From: Camelus dromedarius
Taxonomy: Eukaryota
Reading direction: 5' to 3'
Assembly: GCF_036321535.1 (NCBI RefSeq)
Contig: NC_087436.1
Location: 120,344,001-120,408,000 of the forward strand
DNA: 64,000 nt
Part shown: positions 39,443 through 50,400 of the stretch, piece after piece
Position numbering within the stretch: position 1 is the first letter of the stretch
Layout: each line of letters starts with the position of its first letter
Program-made: the position numbers and the translations under genes
Notes under the pieces: model-generated
Database searches by the model: none
What the model was told of the DNA's origin: nothing
Seen by the model: the letters and a program-made list of their open reading frames with translations, nothing else

Positions 39443-39486
39443 GGGCCGGGGCCGGGGCCGGGGCCGGGGCCGAGGCCGGGGTGGGG
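39443..39486 (+). repeat. (GGGGCC)4 hexanucleotide repeat with degenerate flanking units
   Basis: gggcc (ggggcc)x4 at 39448-39471, then gaggcc ggggtgggg. Confidence 0.95.
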
Positions 39487-39806
39487 CATGGGGCTGGGTG
39501 TCTTCGGACCTCGGAAACTGCTGACCGCTTCCTGCAGGCCTTCGCTCTGGCCCGGGTGGCCGTCAGTCATCTGGGAAGCCTGTTTGGTCCTGATATTCCT
39601 GTTTTGCAAAGAGCAGTTCCTGAAATCGCGGGGCCCAGGCCCTGCTCCTCTTTGATCTGGGCTGGCTTCAGCCGCTAAGTCCAGAAACAACAAACAGGCC
39701 GAGCCCTGCTGGCCACAGGCACGGTCCTGGCGCTCAGTGCAGCGGCTGCGTGCCGGGCTCCAGGCTAGCGGCGCCTGTGTCCGTCCCGGGCCGCGTCTGG
39801 GTCAGA

Positions 39807-39854
39807 CGTGTGCGTGTGCGTGTGCGTGTGCGTGTGCGTGTGTGTGTGTGTGTG
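39807..39854 (+). repeat. Compound (CGTGTG)n(TG)n microsatellite
   Basis: cgtgtg repeated about 6 times followed by (tg)n; strictly alternating purine-pyrimidine. Confidence 0.95.
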
Positions 39855-41461
39855 AAGGAACCAGCTGGTGAGGGCATCTTGGGTCTAGTGATCCTTCGAC
39901 CTGGGCGGGGCTCAGGAATGTGCCTTGGAAGGTGTGTTTCTGGGAGATTGCCTCAGCGGGGGCACCTCAGTGTCTTACCGATGTGGACCCACAGACCAGG
40001 AGAGGTGATGGGGTGTGGCTTGGTGTGGACCGTGTGAACACTGGGGACACCCCCTCCTGTGACCTTGGATGAGGGGCTCCATTTGTAGGCTTGAGGGACG
40101 GACTTTGCCACCTGGCTGCCCAATCACCTGTCTTTGCCGGGAGCGCACTTAAGTGTCGCTTCTTGGTTATCCTGGATAACTGAGCTCTGAGCCTGCAGTG
40201 ACATCCCTGACCCCGGGAGGAGGGAGGCAGGGAGCCGCCTCGTGCGCTGTGCCCCGCGCCACCGTGGAGCACAGGCGGTCTGCGGCTGCCTGGCCATGGC
40301 TGCCCCGCCCGGCTCCGGCCTCGCGCCGGCTCCACCCTCCCTGAGTAGCCGCTCTCCGAAGGGGGAACCTTCGCGCACCCCCATCTAGGGTGGCAGGGCT
40401 GCCTCTGCGCTGGTCGCGTCCTGCATTGGCAGCGGGACCCTGAGGTGCTTTTCCCCTCATTCCCCACCCCACCCAGTTCTCTGGGGCAAGGCCCTGCTCC
40501 TGGGGCCAAATCCTGCCCCTGTCTTGTAGATAAGGTTTCATTGGTACACGGCGAGACCCACTCACTTCCTAGCAGTCTTCAGGCTGTAATAGAGGCCCAC
40601 TGGAGGGCCCCAAAAGCCAAACCTATTTCCTCTGGCCCTCTACAGCGTGCGACTGCTGCCCCTGCCAGAGTCCGGAGCACGGCTTGCTGCTGCCGCCCGG
40701 GGTTGCTGGGACGGCCAGAGGGAGTAGTTATGTTCCCTCAGCCTACACCCACCCCCTCCCCCAGCCTCTGCATTCCTGGGATTCACTGTTTATGGGCTGT
40801 TGAAGATTAACCCTCAGGGTGACAGTGTGACCGCCTTCATCCTCTGTGCATACCTGGGGCAGGCTGGGCTTAAGTGCCCTTCTGGCGGCCTTCCTCCCGG
40901 GAAGACCCTTACACCCTCTCTTTGCCTAGTCCCTTTTGCTCCAAGATCTGGTGGAGGAGCCTCCTCCTCCAGGACGCCTTCCTTGATTTCACTCCCCTCT
41001 CCGTCCCCTCCCAGGCTTCCCTTTGTTGCTGCACAGATTGTGCTACATTATCTCAGTCTCCTTCCAAGTCTGTCTCCCCAACTAGTCTGGGAGCCCCCTT
41101 GTGGGTGGGGACACGAAGGCGGAGCTGGGATGGTGGAGCTGAGATTGCTGGGGGTGGGGGCAGCTCTGAACCTCAAAGTGCAGAGCTATCTCGAGGCAGA
41201 GTGGGGGATCCACTAAAAGGCTGGACCACGTGACAGGGAGGCTGTCCAGGGGACCCCAGCAGGGCGTGGGGGTTGCTCTGGGCCACCTCTCTGGGCCCGA
41301 GACTGTGCTGATATGGCGCCTCATAGTCCCAAAGAACCGAAAACGCCATAAGATGAGGTGACAAAATTAGCAATTGCCTTTTGTCTTTGTATGACCACAC
41401 TTGTTGCTATTTGCCCCACGAGCTAAAAAGTAAAAAATAAGCTGAGGGCAGAAGGCAGGGC

Positions 41462-41498
41462 ACCTCTCAGCCTTGTACCTCTCAGCCTTGTACCTCAG
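41462..41498 (+). repeat. 15-bp tandem duplication
   Basis: acctctcagccttgt occurs twice plus a partial unit. Confidence 0.85.
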
Positions 41499-42148
41499 CT
41501 CTGGATTGCAGCCCAGGGCCAGTGTCTGTGGTCCAGGAGTCTGGTGGGAGCTGTCCGGGGGCCCATGAGAAATTTCTGCCCGCAATAGCAGAGTCGAGTC
41601 CAGGAGGAGTGAAGGTGGGAGGGGGCCTACCTCGGACCCTCAGAGCAGCTGCCTTTCCCACTGGAAGTTCCTGGGAGCTCTCCCTCTGGCTACATCTCAC
41701 CCCTTAGAGATTCAGTGGTCTGCTTTGGCCTGGGGGGCCCTGGCATCCTGGCCGGTGCTGCTGCCCTGGGACCTGGGGGCTGTGTGAGCCGGGGAGGTCC
41801 TGCCTCCCCCGGTCCCCCTGCTACCCAGCCCAGTGGGATGGTGGTCATATACTAGGAGGGCCGCTGTCCTTGTGTCTAGCATCTTCTTGGCAAGTGAGAA
41901 CTGGAACTTGTTACAGCCCTGCGGGGGTCAGAGCTGCTGACCTCGGAGGGCACTTATACATCTCCAAGCCCAACTCTACTGTCTGAAAGGGGAGAAACCG
42001 AGGCCCAAGGAGTGATAGGCTCTCTCCGAGGGACCCAAAGGCTGGGCTGGGCCTACCCTGTGTAGCAGCCTCCGAGAGGACCCCACTTTGGAAAGCCCCT
42101 GATTTGAAAGGCTCATGTTCTTCTTCTGGAAGGCTATTCAGGGACACT

Positions 42149-42320
42149 TGCAGAGTTGGGGTATAGGCTGTGAGGTTGGGGTGGGAAATGCAGAGTTGGG
42201 GTGTTCTGTGCAGAGTTGAGGTACATCCTGCAGAGCCAGGGTACAATGTACAGAATTGGGGGGCGCTGGGCAGAGTTGGAGCTCTGTGCAGAGTTGAAGA
42301 ATGCTGGGCACAGTTGGGAA
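42149..42320 (+). repeat. Degenerate 20-bp-period minisatellite, 9 units, core TGCAGAGTTGGGGT
   Basis: Core starts at 42151, 42171, 42191, 42211, 42231, 42251, 42271, 42289 and 42309. Confidence 0.85.
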
Positions 42321-43607
42321 GGCTCTTGGAAACCACCCCCGGCCTTGGGCCAAGAGCAGCTGCAGAGACAAACAGGATGTGGGGTCTTGGGCCATGGCAG
42401 GGGACAATGGCCAGGAGAGGAAATGTGTCCAGACCCATGTATGGCCCTGGAGCCTGTCTGGGGCCTCTTTCAATACAGTTTGCAGAAAAACAAAGGGAGA
42501 AGAAGCAAACAGCTCGTGTTCAGCACAAGGTGGGGATCCAGAGAGCCGGCTGCAGAGCTGGGGGTGCCCACTTCACAGATGAAAGACTGAGGCCGAGAGG
42601 AGCGGGGACACATGCCCCAGGGCACACTGTGAGTTGCAGAGAGGTCTCAGCGCTGAGAGCAGCTCCTCTGCACAGCCCTCCGGGGCCTCACGCAGCACTG
42701 GGACAGGCCAGCCGGCTCACTGAGCGGCCAGGCCTGGGGACAGGTGGTGGTGCTGGCCCTCCGACACGTAGCAATTTCTCCACTTGCCTGGTGAGCTCTG
42801 TCCTCAGCTCTTGGCTGTGCAGGGCCTGCAGGAGAGGACCGGGCACTGGAGTTTGCTGAATAAACAGATGTCTGAGTACAGCTATGTCGTGCACCCTGTG
42901 GGAGAATTCCTGCCTCTAGTTTAAGCCACATGATGGCCCAGAGCAAGACCACAAAATAGCCCCCAACCCACCCTGGGCTTCCCTGGGCAAACAAACACCG
43001 AGGCCCAGTGACCAGCACAGCAGCGCCGAGCTTCCAGGCGGCGTCAGTGTCCCAGGTGCCATCGCCAGCTCGGCTCCTGCCCTGAGGGGCAGCCTGCACT
43101 GGAGACAATGGGCTGAGAGCCTCACCTTCTGGTGGAGAAGGACGAGAAGTGGGGTTGAAAGGCTGGGGGCGGAGGCGGGTGTGGGCGTGGAGGGAGAGGT
43201 ATGCTTGCCCAGGAGAGGGGTCCCCGCGGAGGCTGGGGCGAGGGAAACCCAGCGCCCGACGTCCTGTGGCCAAGGCAGCAGGCCCCTTGCCAGGGTCTGG
43301 GCGTCACCTGAGCCCAAGGCAGCGAAGCGGGAGGTGCAGGGAGCTGGACAGAGGCCCCTGCCGGCTGGGCCGGGCTGGAGGGAGGCCAGCCTGGAGTAGG
43401 GAGCCGAGGGGGCTGGGGAGGTGGAGAGGCAGGTGGAGCTCAGGACACCGGAAGGCCTTCAGGACAGGATGCCTGGACCCTGGGGCTTGAAGGACTGCAG
43501 TTCGCTGAGGCTGGGGGAGCCCGGCAGGAGGGCGCTGTGGTCCGGCAGGAAGGCGCCCCCCACACTAACCCCAGACCCAGCCCGCTCCACCCTCCCGTGG
43601 GCATCTA

Positions 43608-44025
43608 GTGCGCTGGCCCGGAGCGCGGCCCCCGCAGGAATGTCCACCGGAACCTCTGATCACACGCTTACTTAGAAAGAGGGTCTTGATGTAATTAATG
43701 TGAGGATCTCAAGATGAGGTCCTGCTGGGTTATCTGCGGGCCCTAAATACAATGATGAGTGTCCTTATAAGAGAGACAAGAGGACACAGAGGGGAGGCTG
43801 CTGACAGGCAGAGATTGGGGTGATGTGTCCAGGAGCCCAGGGATGCCTGGAGCCACCAGGAGCTGGAAGAGGCAGGAAGGGCTGCCCCCAGAGTCCCCCG
43901 AGGGAGCCCGGCCCTGCTGACACCTTGATTTAGACTCTGGCCTCCAGAGCTGTGAGAATAAATCACTGTTGTTTGAAGTCACCTGGTCTGTGGTACTTTG
44001 TCACGGCAGCCCCAGGACACACACA
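43608..44025 (+). mobile_element. MaLR LTR (MLT1C-like)
   Basis: gatgtaattaa..aggatctcaagatgag, gtccttataagaga, ggcctccagagctgtgagaataaat, ggcagccccaggacac. Confidence 0.82.
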
Positions 44026-44590
44026 GTGACCGTCACAGCTGCTCTTCAAGAGAGATTGCTGTCCCCACTCCACGGAGGGGACAGCCAGGCTCAGAGACAC
44101 CACGCCTCCCAGTGGAAGGAAGAGAAAGGACTGCTGGTGGGAGCAGCTACTCCCCTGCTCTGGGGCCTCCTGGTCCCTGGGGGCCCACAGGGTGGCGTGA
44201 AATTCCTCCCTGATACTCGGCCTGCGGTCATGGGGGCTGTGAAAATAGCCACCTGGAGCCTCTGTTTCCTGCTTTGTGGTCACCGAGCACATGGGTGGTG
44301 TGCAGGGTGAGGTCCAGCTGGGCTCGGGGTGCAGGGAGCCTGAGTGCTGGGCCTGGCTCTGCCAGCGAGGTGAGTGGCTCGCCGGCTCCTGGTCTCCGTG
44401 GCCAGCGCGGGCCCTCAGCAGGGACCTTGCCGGTGTGAGGAGGCCCGGCTCCTCCCTCACACCTGGGCTCCGGCCTGCTGCGGAGGGGAGGGGGATATAT
44501 GGCTTTGGGGTGGCCGGGCATAATGCCAGGAGTTGGTCAGAGGAAGGACAGATGGGGTGGGAGGGTGTCATCCAGAAATACCTTTGCCTA

Positions 44591-44790
44591 GAGTGGTTCT
44601 CAGCCTGGGTGCCATTGTCCCCAGGGACAAATGTCTGGAGATGTGTCTGGCTGTCACAGCTGGGGTCAGCATCTAGATGGCAGAGGCCAGGGATGCTGCT
44701 AAAATCCTGCGGTGGGCAAGGCAGCCCCTCCCCATGACCAAGAGCGATGCCCCAGATGTCAGCAGGGCCGCAGTTACCGTGGCCCGGGGC
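44591..44790. mobile_element. MER20 hAT MITE
   Basis: agtggttctcagcctggg...ccccagggaca..tgtctggaga...gcatctagatggcagaggccagggatgctgctaaaatcct. Confidence 0.8.
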
Positions 44791-44993
44791 CGTCAGCGTC
44801 TGTCAGGCCTGGCTCTGGGCTGTCTTCTAGTTTCCACTGGCGCTGGGCCTGTCACGTGACCTCCTGGCCCTCAGTTTCCCTGTGTATAAAACGGGCACAT
44901 TACCGCTTCATTGTTCCTGGTCATTGAGCCGGGGCATATGGGAAAGCCCAGCCTATCCAAGAATGAGACAGACGGAGAAGGTTGAGTCCTGCT

Positions 44994-45118
44994 TTTTTTG
45001 TGTGTGGGGGGAGGTAATTAGGTCTATTTATTTATTTTTAGAGGTGGCAGCGGGGATTGAACCCGGGACTCCATGCATGCTAAGCATGTGCTCTACCACT
45101 TGAGCTACACCCTCCCTC
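44994..45118 (-). mobile_element. Vic-1-type tRNA-Ala-derived camelid SINE
   Basis: Reverse complement GGGAGGGTGTAGCTCAAGTGGTAGAGCACATGCTTAGCATGCATGGAGTCCCGGGTTCAATCCCC...AAATAAATAAATAGACCTAATTACCTCCCCCC. TSD tgagtcctgct (44983-44993) / tgactcctgct (45119-45129). Confidence 0.92.
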
Positions 45119-45539
45119 TGACTCCTGCTCTTGTTTCCGGGGTCTGGGCTGAGGCCAGCGACCTCCCCGGCCTCTGGGAGGGCCTGAGAGCAGGTGGGGG
45201 CTGGGGCCAGAGGCCGACCCCAGGTCAGTTCCTGCTTCTTGTCCCAGAGACTGGAGGCCAACTCCCTGCTCCCCAAGCAGGGCTGAGATTCCCTGCTCTC
45301 AAACGCAGGTCGGGCCTGGAGCCAGCAGGAAGGCAAAGAAGGAAGGCGAGCCTGTGGGAAGATGCCTTCTTCTACTGTGCATGTTGGAGTGATCGGGCCA
45401 GCGGGCCGGGGCAGCCCCGGGCAGAGGGAAGCAGCCGTATCTATGCCTGTGCATGTGAGTGCACGCGCGTGTCCTCCTGTGCACGCAAGTGCATGTGTGT
45501 GGGTGTGGGTGCGGGTGTGTGCGCGCGCAGCACATGGAA

Positions 45540-45960
45540 GAGGGACAGCTGAGGCTGGCAGGGCAGCTGGTGGACTTCCCCAGTATCGGCGGCTCAGGCG
45601 AAAGCCTGGGTGGCCCCTGGCCTCCGCCTCCGAGCCTGGGTGCCCGGCAGCGGGCAGGCGGGACGAGGCCTGGAGCCGGTCCAGGACGGAGCTAATGATC
45701 AACCGGCCCTTGGAGGCGGTACCGCTGCGCGGGGCCTGCCCCTCGCCAGCGGCCCGGGCGCAGGGAGGAAGTCGGGCAGGAAGCCGGGGGCGGTGGCGGC
45801 TGCTGTGCAGTCAGCTGGGCCGTGGGTGCCATGGCTGGGGGAGACGGCCTGCGGGGCCGGCCTGCAGAGCCAGCCTGCGAGGAGCCGGGAGCGGCCACCT
45901 GGTGACTGTGGTCACCTCTGAGGAGTGGGCGCAGGTACGGGGTGCTGGATGGGGGTCGAG
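45540..45960 (+). promoter_or_regulatory. SH3TC1 promoter, CpG-rich region
   Basis: CpG-rich patch about 6.4 kb upstream of the first coding exon. Tandem ETS cores GGAAGT (45767) and GGAAGC (45779) and GC box GGGGCGG (45787-45793), followed by a CAG|GTACGG donor. Confidence 0.7.
45770..45934 (+). other. SH3TC1: SH3TC1 putative non-coding exon 1 (5' end approximate)
   Basis: Ends at GCGCAG|GTACGG (45934/45935) at the 3' edge of the CpG patch. The first coding exon starts with a splice acceptor, so an upstream exon is required. Confidence 0.6.
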
Positions 45961-46033
45961 GGGGTGAGGACTGGCTGAGCAGGGGTCATCCGCAGAGCTG
46001 GGTCTTGAATCTGAGTCAGCTCTTGCCTTTCAC

Positions 46034-46080
46034 TTTCTTGAAGACTTTTCTGACCTTTTTGAAGACTTTTCTGACCTTTT
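46034..46080 (+). repeat. 21-bp tandem duplication in SH3TC1 intron 1
   Basis: ttgaagacttttctgaccttt occurs twice in tandem. Confidence 0.9.
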
Positions 46081-47099
46081 GGGATTGGGAGGGAGCAGAA
46101 CAGCCATCTGGGGAGGCCCTGATGGCAGTGGGCACAGGGTAGCAGACTGGCCGGGACTCTGGGAGCCGGGCTGTGTGGCCGGCAGTGACCGCTTTAGTGA
46201 CGATGTCAGGTTTGATAGAGCAACTTGCTCCCATGATTTCATTTGACTCCCCCTTCACATGGGAACCCAGCCAGTGTGTCCCGAGGGTCTGGGCAGGACG
46301 TGGGAATGTCACCGGTAAGCAGGGTTCTGGGTCTAGGGGCCTCAGGTTGGCCCCCACCCTGGGTTGGCGTCACCTCAGGCAGACACTCAAAGTGCCCACT
46401 CAGGGTGGCGCTGCAGCTGTGACCCAGCCACTCTGAGGTCACCGCCCCTCTTCTCCATCAACAAATGGGACAAGTGACTTGACGAGTGACCCCAAACAGA
46501 AAGTTCTAGGGGAGACCCAGACCCAAGTCTTTTAGTGCCAGGTACTGCCTTGAGCACGTGGTCCCAGCAGAGCCCTGAGACCCTCCCCTAGCCTTGAGGG
46601 ACCCGCCCGGGAGCCCCAGGCCCATCTGTGAGGGTTTCATAAAGACAACAGAAGGCAAAGTGACACTGTGGGGAGTTAGTGATGCCGGCAACTTGGGGTG
46701 TGCCCCCCACCGAGGAGAGGAAGGGGGCAGGGAGGCTGGGGCTGGGCTCAGAGTGGGGGCCTGAGGCGGGGTGTGCCCAGATTAAGGGTGGGTGTCGAGG
46801 GCTGGGCTTGGACCCGCTGGGTTCACATCCCATGAGTGTCCCCCTGGCCTGGCCGAGTCAGCTCAGTGCTCATTGCACCTCGATGGCCCGTCTGTGAAGT
46901 GGGCACCGTCATTCTCCTCGGGCCGTGGAGTAGACTAAGCGAGGACACTTAGCTCCGCGGGTGGTGGCTCCTGGTAGTGACCGTGCTTCCTGAGTTGGGT
47001 GTTGTGCCAGCATTTGATGAGCCTGAGGTCACTTAACCCCCTCCCCAAACATCTGCCTCACAGCAGGGACAATCAGGGCACGGCGGACAAGGGGCGACC

Positions 47100-47472
47100 C
47101 CCGAGCTGGGGCTGCTGCGGCAAAGTGCTGCCAGCCGGGGGCTTCAAACAACAGAAGTGTGTTCCCTTCCAGTTCCGGGGGCCAGAAGTCTGAAGCCCAG
47201 GTGTGATCAGGGAGCAGCCCCCGGGGGCCGCGGGGAGGGTCCTTCCTGTCTCTTCAGCTCCTGGCGGCTTGTGGGCTGTGGGCGCATCCCCCTAGTCTGG
47301 GCCTCTGTCCTCACACGGCATCTCTCAGTGTCTCTTGTGTCCCTCCTCTTCTTATAAGGACCCAGTCCAAGGTGACCTCCTCTTAGCCTCACCTGCAAAG
47401 ACCCCATTTCCAGGTAAGAACACGTTCTGAGGTTACGGGCGGACGTGAATCTGAGGGACACTGCTCACCCCA
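47100..47472 (-). mobile_element. MaLR LTR (MLT1C-like)
   Basis: ggcttcaaacaacagaag, cttcttataaggac, cacctgcaaagaccccatttccaggtaag. Confidence 0.75.
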
Positions 47473-50400
47473 GGCCAGGCGGTGACCAGACAGCCCACAA
47501 GAGGTGCCTCCTGGTGAGGTGGGCGAGTCTGCTTGGGTCCTCGAGAGAGACCCGTTTGGGTCCAGAGAGAGCTCCGGCCAGGCCTCCCCAAACCATCTCC
47601 TCCCTTCTTCCGCCCACACTTATCACACGCCAGCTGTAACCCAGGGCCGCACCCTTTGATCCACTGACCTCCTTGTAGCTGCTGATTTATTTCATTCTTA
47701 TCCTCCGGGGGTCAGGACGGCCTCCTGGCCCACTGAGCCCAGGTCTCAGCATTCTCGAGCCAAACTCCCGTCCCCGAGGGCTGGGTGCTAGCTGGGGCCT
47801 GAAGCCTGTTTCTGACCCACCAGAGTGAAGGAGGGAAGGAGAGTCCCCGAGCCTCTGCAGGGCTGCCTACGGGAGGCCTGGACCCTTGCCGGCTGTGGTC
47901 CGGGCGGCCCCTCCTGCAGCTGGGAGCTGGTGCCTGCTCAGCTGAGCAAGGCCATTTTAGGAACCTTGGGGAGGGACCCTCCAGGGGAGAGAGACCACTT
48001 CCTCATGCCGGCTGTGACTAGGAAACCCACGCTGTCACCAGCAGCCCCGCCTGGTGGGCAGGGCCCTCACTGAGCAGGTGGGAAATCCCCTGAGCCCTGA
48101 GGCCTCCCCTTTTCTCAGGAAACTGTCCCTGAGCCACTAGGGGCAGGCCCGTGGGCCCCAGATGCAGGCGAGGCGCCAATGGGTAGGTCCTGACTTGGGG
48201 GGAGGCTGGGGGTGGGGAGGTGGGGGAGGAGAGAGGCAGACACCCTGAATGTGGCCCCGTCGTGCAGAGATGCCTGGCTACAGAGCAGGGAGGGGGGCCC
48301 GGGGAGGGGCTAGAGACCCACAAGCAGAACCCGAACAGGATGACAGATCCCAGTGTTCCACTGAGATGCTTCGAAAGAGCAGAGCTGCCAGGAAGCCACA
48401 GGCGTCCTGGTCCTGGCGGCCCCCTGAGTCCAGGCCGGCATGTGTTCCACCACACGTGCGGGGATCGCTGCTTCCAGAGTGCGGAGGGGAAGGACGCGGA
48501 CGCCGGCTTGGCTGGGAGCCGGGGAGGGAAGCCAGACAGACAGAGCTGCATTCTGAAGGGTGCCTGGAGGTCTTCATGCGAGACAGGGGTGGGGACGGCA
48601 CCTGGGACCAGGAGACAGGGCGTACGAGGCACCAGGGGTTGACACGACGTCAGGCCATTTAACAGGGGCCGCGTGCAGAATTCCTGGAACCCGCCGGCCC
48701 GGGCAGCTGCTTCCTCTGGAAACGCGAGCAGCCTCCAGCCCGCTCCCTCCTCCCTGCCTGGAAGGGTGCCAGGGTCCCCGGGGTTTCCCTTGGGGTCCGG
48801 TGCCCACCCCCAGCTCTGGCCTTCAGAGGTGGTTGGGGGAGGGGACCAGGTCACAGCTGGAGCAGTGGGCGGGGGTCGGGGGTGGCGGCTTTGTGCTGCT
48901 GCTATGGCCTCGCCAGCCGCTGGCTGCACGGGCCGTGTGGGTCCCCCTGGAGGAGAAGGCAGCCCACCTCCTCCCTTTTCTCTGAGGCACAGGGCTGTTT
49001 GGGACTGAGCCATACACAGGGAAACCGGAGTATTTCTGGCCAGAAACATGGCCATTCCTGCTTCTGTGTTAAATCCATTTTAGAAGTTATGCTAGTTCAA
49101 GAGAAAGCAGGCCAGAGAAAGCTGTGATGAACTAAAGCAGGCCGTCCCCATCCCTGGGCCCTCTCTCGCATCTGCAAGGGAGGGTCGGTGAGGAAGTGGG
49201 CCTGGCAACAGCCCTGTGGGCTTAGGCTCCCCCTCAATGTCGTCCCAAGGACCCCGGGAGGTGAGGCAGCTCCCTGAGCTGCCGTCGGAGTGGCTACCAC
49301 TCGCCTGACATCAGAGGGGTGCCCTCCGGAGTCCAGTGCACAGAGGCCTTGGGGACAAAAGGACACTGGGCAGCTGGGCTGGGCGCACTGGATGTGGGGC
49401 AGTGGCTCCCAGAAGTGCCCCAGCCTGGGATCCCTAGGGGCTGAGAAAGAGGGTGGGCACGGCACCGAGCCACCAGTCCCTAGATGTCCTGTCCAGGGAC
49501 TCGCGAGGAGAGCAGGTTGGGGGGGTGGGCCTCCTCCCCTGGCATTCAGAGCCGGGGGGTCTGGCCTCCGCGGCTGCACAGCTGTGTGGCCTTTCTGAGG
49601 CTCCCACATTTCTCCTGGTCAGCACTGACCCCTTGGGATGGTCGGCAGGCCTCTGGCTGTCTCCCGGCTCTGCCTGGACCTGCTGCGGTCTCACTGGATG
49701 GCCGCCTCTCCTCCCCTCCCTTTCCCCCTACATGTTCCCCCTCATTCACAGTTCCTGCCTTCCCCAGGGGGCCTTCCCGACTGTCGGGCTCCCTTCCCTC
49801 CACCGCTGGGGTTAGGAGACACTCTCTTCCCTTCCCGGAGCTCGCCACGTGGAACCCGCACTAAATTGTTCATGTCCACATCCCCAGTCACAGCAGTCCT
49901 CCTCCTCTGTGCCCACCGCCCGCACAGAGCTGGCCACAGAGTAGGGGTCAGCGAGGGTTTGTTGGGGTCTGACCTCCCGATCCTGCAGGCAGAGGTGACG
50001 ATGGAGGTGCCTGGGTCCGGGATGAGCTCAGGGTCAAAGGCAGTTCTGGGGGTCAGCAGGACCCAGCGGGGAGTGGGTCTGGGCTGCACATCTCCCCCTG
50101 CCCGCCCCGGCGCCCCCACCTGGGTGAGACACTCCTCGCCCCACACAGAGCGTCTCCAAGGGATTGCTGGTGTCTCCAGGGAGCAGCGTGGCTGTGGCCC
50201 GTCTCCCCAGCCAAGAACCAAGTGGGCAGCTAGGAGACACCCAGAGGCAGCAGGATGGCCAGTAGGAGCTGGTGGTTTTGGTGTGAGCTTCTGTGTTTGT
50301 TTCCTTTTTAAAGCTAGAGACTCTGGGCACGGAGATGTGGGTGTGGGGGAGGGGTGTGAGTGTGTATACGTGTGCAGGAGTGTGAGTGCTGGGGGAGTCA

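Noticed and set aside
39098..39693. Overlapping ORFs on both strands containing GPGPGPGP
   Set aside because: The dipeptide run is only the translation of the GGGGCC repeat; no other coding evidence.
42149..42320. CRISPR-like repeat/spacer appearance
   Set aside because: Eukaryotic context, 20-bp period with 6-bp spacers, degenerate repeats and no cas genes.
45045..45116. tRNA-Ala(AGC)-like sequence
   Set aside because: Followed by a SINE tail and flanked by a TSD, with a poorly paired acceptor stem. It is a SINE, not a tRNA gene; the same applies to 35195-35269.
45899..45907. Alternative donor CTG|GTGACT that might fuse the exon-1 uORF to the SH3TC1 CDS
   Set aside because: Splicing 45901 to 52367 gives TG+A, a stop codon, and is out of frame.
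48018..49055. 345-aa minus-strand ORF
   Set aside because: Antisense within GC-rich SH3TC1 intron 1; no domain or protein-like composition.
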